From positions 736,001-800,000 of the forward strand of contig CAXXUK010000001.1 of NCBI GenBank assembly GCA_963665125.2: a stretch of 64,000 nucleotides of DNA, given 5' to 3'. Below the pieces are notes generated by a model. It ran no database searches and was not told the DNA's origin. It saw only the letters and a list, made by a program, of their open reading frames with translations. This DNA is from an uncultured Desulfarculus sp. (GTDB lineage: Bacteria; Desulfobacterota; Desulfarculia; Desulfarculales; Desulfarculaceae). Below are positions 58,146 through 64,000 of this stretch, piece by piece. Positions within the stretch are counted from its first letter, which is position 1. The number at the start of each line of letters is the position of its first letter. Both the position numbers and the translations under genes were made by a program.

Positions 58146-59954
58146 TTAATTGTCGGTATCGCTTTGCAACACGGCCAAAAACGCCTTTTGGGGTATCGGC
58201 ACGTTGCCCACCAGCTTCATGCGCTTTTTTCCAGCCTTTTGTTTTTCCAGCAGTTTTCGCTTGCGGCTGACGTCGCCGCCATAGCATTTGGCCGTAACAT
58301 CCTTGCGGAAGGCGTTGATGGTGCTGCGAGCAATGATCGTGCCTCCGATGGCCCCCTGGATGGCGATTTTGAACTGCTGGCGGGGTATTGAATCCTTGAG
58401 CTTGTTGACCGCGTGCAGGGCCCTGGCGCGGGCGCCGTCGCGGTGGACCAGCATGGACAGGGCGTCGACCTTTTCGCCGTTGACCAGGATGTCGAGCTTG
58501 ACCAGATCCGAGCGGCGGTAGTTCAGAGGTTCGAAGTCGAACGAGCCGTAGCCCTGGGTCACTGTCTTGAGCTTGTCGTAGAAATCGTAGATGATTTCGG
58601 CCAGGGGCAACTCGCTTATGATCTCCACGCGGCCCGGCGTGGGATAGCTCATGGTGTTGCCCTCGCCGCGGCGTTCCAGGCAAAGCTGCATCACCGAGCC
58701 GATATAGCGCTCTGGCATGAGGATCGAGGCCCGCACATATGGCTCTTCACAAAAGTCGATGGACGCCGGGTCGGGATACAGGGCCGGGTTTTCGATATCC
58801 TTGATTTCGCCGTCGTTCATATGGATGATGTAACGCACGCTGGGCGCGGTGAGGATAAGGCTTAGGCCGAATTCCCGCTCCAGGCGCTCCTGGACTACCT
58901 CCAGATGCAACAGGCCCAGGAAGCCGCAACGGAATCCCGTACCCAGGGCCTGGGAATAGTCTTTTTGATAGGTCAGGCTGGCGTCGTTGAGCTTGAGCTT
59001 GTCAATGGCGTCGACCAGTTCGGGGTAATCGTCGGTGGCCACGGGATAAATCGAGGAAAACACCACCGGTTTGGCTTCCTGAAAGCCGGGCAGGGGCCCT
59101 GATGCCGGGGCGTTGTCGTCGGTGATGGTGTCGCCCACGTCCACGTCGCTGACGGCCTTGACTCCGGCGATGATGTAGCCCACCTGGCCCGCCCTGAGCT
59201 GCTTTACCACCTTGCGCTGCACGCCGAACAGACCCACCTCCTCCACGCGGTAGACGGCTCCGCCGTACATGAAGCGGATCATATGACCAGGCTGGACGGC
59301 TCCCTCCATGATCCGCGCCGAGATGATCGTGCCCCGGTACGGATCGTACTGGGCGTCGAAGATAAGGGCCTGCAACGGCGCGCCAGCATCGCCTTTGGGC
59401 GGCGGAAGCTGTTCGACAATAGCCTCCAGCACGGCCTCGATGTTGGTGCCCTGCTTGGCCGACACGGCGATGGCCGCATCACCGTCCAGGCCCAGATCCT
59501 CGGTGATCTGCATGCGGGTGCCGTCGACATCGGCGCTGATCAGGTCGATCTTGTTGATCACCGGCACGATCTCCAGGTCGTGCTCCATGGCCAGATACAT
59601 GTTGGCCAGGGTCTGGGCCTCCACACCCTGGGATGCGTCGACGATCAGCAAGACGCCTTCGCAGGAGGCCAGGGCCCGGGACACCTCGTAGGTGAAGTCC
59701 ACGTGGCCGGGGGTGTCGATGAGGTTGAGTTCGTATATCTCGCCGTTCTTGGCGGTGTAGGGCAGGGTGATGGCCTGGCTCTTGATGGTGATGCCCCGCT
59801 CTCGCTCCAGGTACATGTTGTCCAAAAGCTGATTTTGGAACTGGCGGTCTTCCACCGCGCCGCAGGCCTGGATCAGGCGGTCGGCCAAGGTTGATTTGCC
59901 GTGGTCGATGTGGGCGATGATGCTGAAATTGCGGGTATGTTCGCGGTCTGCCAA
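58146..59954 (-). CDS. lepA: Elongation factor 4
   Basis: AHIDHGKSTLADR, DTPGHVDF, GFRCGFLGLLH, KCYGGD.SRK.KLLEKQK.GKKRMK. Confidence 0.98.
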   Translation of the reverse strand: MADREHTRNFSIIAHIDHGKSTLADRLIQACGAVEDRQFQNQLLDNMYLERERGITIKSQAITLPYTAKNGEIYELNLIDTPGHVDFTYEVSRALASCEGVLLIVDASQGVEAQTLANMYLAMEHDLEIVPVINKIDLISADVDGTRMQITEDLGLDGDAAIAVSAKQGTNIEAVLEAIVEQLPPPKGDAGAPLQALIFDAQYDPYRGTIISARIMEGAVQPGHMIRFMYGGAVYRVEEVGLFGVQRKVVKQLRAGQVGYIIAGVKAVSDVDVGDTITDDNAPASGPLPGFQEAKPVVFSSIYPVATDDYPELVDAIDKLKLNDASLTYQKDYSQALGTGFRCGFLGLLHLEVVQERLEREFGLSLILTAPSVRYIIHMNDGEIKDIENPALYPDPASIDFCEEPYVRASILMPERYIGSVMQLCLERRGEGNTMSYPTPGRVEIISELPLAEIIYDFYDKLKTVTQGYGSFDFEPLNYRRSDLVKLDILVNGEKVDALSMLVHRDGARARALHAVNKLKDSIPRQQFKIAIQGAIGGTIIARSTINAFRKDVTAKCYGGDVSRKRKLLEKQKAGKKRMKLVGNVPIPQKAFLAVLQSDTDN

Positions 59955-60058
59955 GAGCGGGCCTCCTCATATATTAGACTGACTTGGGAGGATAACCTTG
60001 GCAACGTGTTTCGTCAACTTGGGACAGGGTAAAACAGAGGACAGATAGTGGTTAATAG

Positions 60059-60098
60059 AAAAAAAGCCCGGCCCCGCCCAATGCGGAACCGGACTTTT
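60059..60098 (-). terminator. Probable intrinsic terminator
   Basis: Minus strand AGTCCGGTTCCGC...GCGGGGCCGGGCT followed by a T-run. Confidence 0.6.
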
Positions 60099-60297
60099 AG
60101 ACCCGGCTATTTGAATGTTTTTCAAATAAGTTTTGGTGCTTATGGTTATTTAAAGCCCGTGGCTGTCAAACAACCTTTTCAGCACAAAGTGTTTAATCTG
60201 TATAGCCTTCCTCCTGTCCGGCGGTTTGACGCCATTGATTTGGTTGGTATATCCTTGGCCGCCAAGCTTGCCGCTTGGACAGGCCGTTTCGATGCAT

Positions 60298-60579
60298 TCA
60301 TGCCCGGCCGGTCAAGCGCCTGATGCGCAGTACGCCGCGGCCCTGTTCCACCTGACGGGTGGAAAGCTCGAAACAAGTGCCATCGAGAATTTTGGCCAGG
60401 TTCAGGGGCAGGTCGTCGTCGTCGTATTGGACCTCCAGACACTGGCCGATGGCCATGCAGCGCAATTGCCGCCTCACCAGCAAAATACTCCACACCGTGC
60501 CGCGCCCCCTGGCGTCCAGGTTTTCGAGGCTGCTGAATGTGGATATTTGCCGGTCCATGTGTTCTCCGTTGATTGACAT
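60298..60579 (-). CDS. TusA/SirA-fold protein lacking the CPxP cysteine
   Basis: LDARG.....IL.VRRQL..M..GQ.LEV..DD...; C-terminal LRIRR strand. Confidence 0.65.
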   Translation of the reverse strand: MSINGEHMDRQISTFSSLENLDARGRGTVWSILLVRRQLRCMAIGQCLEVQYDDDDLPLNLAKILDGTCFELSTRQVEQGRGVLRIRRLTGRA

Positions 60580-60597
60580 TGTCCCTGCCTATTTATC

Positions 60598-60614
60598 AGC
60601 AAGAGCCAGGCCAA
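60598..60614 (-). promoter_or_regulatory. Sigma54 promoter of the TusA-like gene
   Basis: Minus strand TTGGCCTGGCTCTTGCT (GG-N10-GC), next to a divergent sigma54 activator. Confidence 0.7.
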
Positions 60615-60743
60615 ATTGCTATCATCTGTAATTGTTGGAAATAACGATATTAATTACCTGGTACAAATTTATTTGTGCGGAAAACGTTAATCGTTGTTAA
60701 CATATTGACACAAATATCGCTAACTAGTGTTAATGGTGTGAAC

Positions 60744-62141
60744 ATGAGTCAAAACAATATCAGCGAGGAATACAGCCAATACTGGCAGACGGTCATCGAG
60801 ACCATGGAAGACGGCCTGATGGTGGTGGATTCCGATGGCGTGATAATAAGCGTTAATCCCGCGATGGCCAAACTCACCGGCTATGAGGCCGACGAACTGG
60901 TGGGCAACTCATGCCGCATGCTCAACTGTGATTCCTGCACCTACAGCCGTAACGCCGCCGACGGCGCCCATTGCGAGTTGTTCAGGGACGGTCAGATCCG
61001 GCGCTGCAAATGCACCCTGCGCCGCAGGGACGGCTCGCCGTTGCACGTGATGAAAAACGCGGCTGTGATCAATGACGGCCAGGGCAATTTCCTGGGCGGC
61101 GTGGAAACGCTCACCGACCTCAGCGAGGTCAAGGCCAAGGAGCGCGAATTGGCCGATCTGCGCCGGGAGATGGCCATCGAGTCCGAGTTCGAGGGCCTGG
61201 TGGGCCGCTCGCCCCAGATGCTGGGCCTGTTCAACCTGATCCGCAGCGCGGCCGAATCCGACGCCCCGGTGCTGATCCAGGGCGAAAGCGGCACGGGCAA
61301 GGAGATGATCGCCAATGCCCTGCACCGCCTGGGGCCCAGGGCGGCCGGTCCGTTCATCAAGGTCAACTGCGCCTCCCTGAATGAATCGTTATTGGAAAGT
61401 GAGTTGTTCGGCCACGTCAAAGGGGCCTTCACCGGGGCCGACAAGACCCGCCAGGGCCGCTTCGAGGCCGCGGCGGGCGGTGATTTCATGCTGGACGAGG
61501 TGGGCGATCTGCCCCCCCACACCCAGGTCAAGCTGCTGCGGGTGTTGCAGGAAAAAATCATCGAAAAGGTCGGCGACCACATGCCCGTTCCGGTGGATGT
61601 TCGCATCATCTCGGCCACCAACAAGGACCTCAAAACCTTGGTGGGGGAGGGTGCCTTCCGCGAGGACCTGTTCTACCGGGTGGCGGTGATTCCCATCCGG
61701 GTGCCTTCCCTGCGGGAGCGGCGGGAAGACATACCGCTTCTGGTGGAGACCTTTGTCACCCGCATCGCCAAGCGGACCGGCAAGGCCATATCGGGCGTCA
61801 GCCGGGCGGCCATGAACATCTTGGAAATCTACCACTGGCCCGGCAACGTGCGGGAACTGATCAACGTCATTGAATACGCCTTTGTGGTCTGTCCGGGCGG
61901 CGTTATCCAACCCGAGCATTTGCCCGAAAGCCTGGGCCCGGTGCTCAACGGCTCGTGCGCCCTGCCGGTCAGCGCCCCAACTCCGGGGCGGCCCGTGGAT
62001 GAGCGGGGCCGGATCATCGAGGCCCTGCGGGCCAGCGGCGGCAGAAAGCAGGCCGCGGCCGATATGCTGGGCATCAGCCGGGTGACCCTGTGGAAGCGCA
62101 TCAACAAGTACGGCATCGAGGTGGACAGCGTGGTGCGGTGA
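60744..62141 (+). CDS. PAS-domain sigma54-dependent transcriptional activator (Fis HTH)
   Basis: Cys-rich PAS, GESGTGKE, ESELFGH.KGAFTGA, LDEVGD, WPGNVREL, LGISRVTLW. Confidence 0.95.
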   Translation: MSQNNISEEYSQYWQTVIETMEDGLMVVDSDGVIISVNPAMAKLTGYEADELVGNSCRMLNCDSCTYSRNAADGAHCELFRDGQIRRCKCTLRRRDGSPLHVMKNAAVINDGQGNFLGGVETLTDLSEVKAKERELADLRREMAIESEFEGLVGRSPQMLGLFNLIRSAAESDAPVLIQGESGTGKEMIANALHRLGPRAAGPFIKVNCASLNESLLESELFGHVKGAFTGADKTRQGRFEAAAGGDFMLDEVGDLPPHTQVKLLRVLQEKIIEKVGDHMPVPVDVRIISATNKDLKTLVGEGAFREDLFYRVAVIPIRVPSLRERREDIPLLVETFVTRIAKRTGKAISGVSRAAMNILEIYHWPGNVRELINVIEYAFVVCPGGVIQPEHLPESLGPVLNGSCALPVSAPTPGRPVDERGRIIEALRASGGRKQAAADMLGISRVTLWKRINKYGIEVDSVVR

Positions 62142-62225
62142 GCCTTTAGAGGGCCTGATATTAGCATTGTTTAATGGCCTGTTTTGTGCTGTATATTGAC
62201 AATCTGTTTAGAAAAGGGGGGCGAA

Positions 62226-63254
62226 ATGGAGGTGGAATTTCATTATTATGTTACTTATCTGATCGCGGCCAAGGCAGGCTTCCAACAAAAAGACGCGCTG
62301 ACGATTGCCTATGCTTCGCAATATGTCGACGATAACGACGTTGTCCTCGAAGTGGACAAGGACTCACCAGATACTTCCTATAATAATTACATTAGCCAGA
62401 CGCTCAACATCCTCAAACCCAAGCCCGAACTATATCGAATTTATCCTATATTCCATTTCATTCCGGGAGACCCGTTGTTTGAAGGGGCTTGCCGCAAAGA
62501 CGGCTGCATGCATTGGCTCAACACTACTCCCAATAGCGAAAATGCCAACAAAATCGTTGACGCCGCTCTGGATACCGGTGATTTGTACCGCATCGGCATA
62601 GCCATGCATGGATATGCCGACACCTGGGCCCATCAGAATTTCGTGGGCTATTATTCTGCCCATAACGGCATGGGCGAATTGCTGCCCAACATCGGGCATG
62701 CCGACGCCAAACATGACCCGGACCTGCCTGGACTGATCTGGCTGGACCCCAGGCTCAAGCACGGCATCGTCGATAACACCAAACGATTCCTCGACGCAGC
62801 CCAAAACATGCTGGCCAAGCTGCTTTCCTTAACCAAACCGGGCATGAGTGAAGAAGATGTTGCAAGCCTGCAGAATAGCTTGAGAGACGATTTGGCCGGG
62901 GCCATCGGCGGACCGGATTACGGCAATGCGAAAAAAGGCCAGCGGATTAAAAATTATATCAATCTGTCTTGTAATGAAGAATACGGAGGGCTGCCGCTGG
63001 CTAAATACGACGAGGACGAATGGATCAGTGGTGCCATCGATGAGACGGTCAATGGCCTTAGTGACCGCCGCTCGGAGATGGTCAGCAATTTCGTACTGTT
63101 CAAAGACGACTACCGGTGGAAATATCCAGCCGGTTATAAAGATACGCCGTGGTATCGGTTCCAGGAAGCAGTCAAGGAGCACCAAGCCTTTGCCATTGAC
63201 CTGCTGAAACAGACCAACCTGAGCCGCATGGAGCTTCCCGCTGAAAATTGGTGA
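62226..63254 (+). CDS. Conserved hypothetical protein (DUF6765-like)
   Basis: MEVEFHYY.TY..A..AG, SQYVDD, FHFIPG, MHGYADTWAHQNF, IGHA. Confidence 0.75.
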   Translation: MEVEFHYYVTYLIAAKAGFQQKDALTIAYASQYVDDNDVVLEVDKDSPDTSYNNYISQTLNILKPKPELYRIYPIFHFIPGDPLFEGACRKDGCMHWLNTTPNSENANKIVDAALDTGDLYRIGIAMHGYADTWAHQNFVGYYSAHNGMGELLPNIGHADAKHDPDLPGLIWLDPRLKHGIVDNTKRFLDAAQNMLAKLLSLTKPGMSEEDVASLQNSLRDDLAGAIGGPDYGNAKKGQRIKNYINLSCNEEYGGLPLAKYDEDEWISGAIDETVNGLSDRRSEMVSNFVLFKDDYRWKYPAGYKDTPWYRFQEAVKEHQAFAIDLLKQTNLSRMELPAENW

Positions 63255-63294
63255 TTAGATTTAGCGGACTTTTACTCACTGTCGCACAACAAAC

Positions 63295-63324
63295 AACCCC
63301 GGCCCCATTATGGAGCCGGGGTTT
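63295..63324. terminator. Bidirectional terminator-like hairpin
   Basis: AACCCCGGC-CCCATTATGGA-GCCGGGGTTT between convergent genes. Confidence 0.7.
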
Positions 63325-63343
63325 CAACTTTTTGCCGGTCGCC

Positions 63344-64000
63344 TCAGCAGTGACGCCTGACCTTGCCTTTTTTCGCGGGCTGGGTGGGCTTGTAGTCGGG
63401 CTGGGCCGCGAAATGTTCCAGGGCCCGATCGATATCCTCCAGCAACATGTCGGCCATGTCCCGGCTCATGCCCTCCTTGACCACGATGCGGCAGACCACG
63501 ATGTCCTGGGCGTTTTCAGGCAGTGTGTAGGCGGGGACCAGCCAGCCCCGGTGCCTGAGCTGCTCGCTTAGGTCGAACAGGGTGTAATTTGTGGGCTTCT
63601 TGAGCTTCCAGGCGAACACCGGGATGTCCGATCCGTCGCTGAGTAGCTCGAAAGGCCCCAGCTTGGCTATGGCCGAGCTCAGGTACATGGCCACGTCCCG
63701 GCTGGCCTGCTGGATGCGCTGGTAGCCCTCCCGGCCCAGGCGCAGGAAATTGTAGTATTGGGCCACGATCTGGTTGCCGGGACGGCTGAAATTCAAGGCG
63801 AAGGTGGGCATCTCGCCGCCCAGGTAATTGACCTTGAAGATCAGCTCCTCGGGCAGGTCTTCCCAGGAGCGCCAGATGACCCAGCCCACGCCGGGGTAGA
63901 CCAAGCCGTATTTGTGGCCCGAGACGTTGATGCTCTTGACCCATTTCAGGCGAAAGTCCCATTCCAGCTCGGGCTGTAAAAACGGCGCCACAAAGGCCCC
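63344..64000 (-). CDS. gadB: Glutamate decarboxylase (5' part outside the window)
   Basis: WDFRL..VKSINVSGHKYGLVYPGVGW, YLGGEMPTFALNFSRP, GWLVPAY. Confidence 0.93.
   Translation of the reverse strand, partial: GAFVAPFLQPELEWDFRLKWVKSINVSGHKYGLVYPGVGWVIWRSWEDLPEELIFKVNYLGGEMPTFALNFSRPGNQIVAQYYNFLRLGREGYQRIQQASRDVAMYLSSAIAKLGPFELLSDGSDIPVFAWKLKKPTNYTLFDLSEQLRHRGWLVPAYTLPENAQDIVVCRIVVKEGMSRDMADMLLEDIDRALEHFAAQPDYKPTQPAKKGKVRRHC

Noticed and set aside
60193..60300. In-frame continuation after the TGA of the TusA-like gene (selenocysteine or readthrough)
   Set aside because: The TGA falls at the natural end of the fold, the extension has no recognisable features, and I see no convincing SECIS.
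1..64000. tRNA, rRNA, CRISPR arrays, transposases, prophage or recognised defence systems
   Set aside because: None recognised by eye. The DUF1998 helicase lacks DISARM or Druantia partner genes and fits the MrfAB repair type better.

Overview
A 64-kb, mostly GC-rich chromosomal window. Gene content suggests an anaerobic deltaproteobacterial (Thermodesulfobacteriota-type, possibly Desulfarculaceae-like) organism; this is inference. From left to right: a chemotaxis operon (cheD, cheR, an unusual Hpt-CheW hybrid, cheA, cheY, two STAS genes), PilZ, motAB, ChaN-PDZ and an M23 peptidase; infA and rpmB; a cobalamin-riboswitch-controlled two-gene operon (Zn-dependent dehydrogenase plus an atypical TrpD-like phosphoribosyltransferase); housekeeping genes (relA/spoT, proS, ispG, purM, recG, pyrBC with a PyrR-like leader, lepA); a helicase-exonuclease fusion with DUF89, mltA and a macrodomain gene; several two-component systems; a variant glycogen synthase; a degenerate xanthine-dehydrogenase-family trio; a multi-hairpin REP/MITE-like element; oadGB; a sigma54 activator with a divergent TusA-like gene; DUF6765; and the 3' part of a glutamate decarboxylase. 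I saw no rRNA, tRNA, CRISPR array or transposase. The best candidate for an undescribed system is the B12-riboswitch/dehydrogenase/TrpD-like operon. Next come a putative sigma54-driven structured small RNA and several intact ORFs that appear to have lost catalytic or cofactor residues. All family assignments come from motif recognition by eye; no database searches were run.
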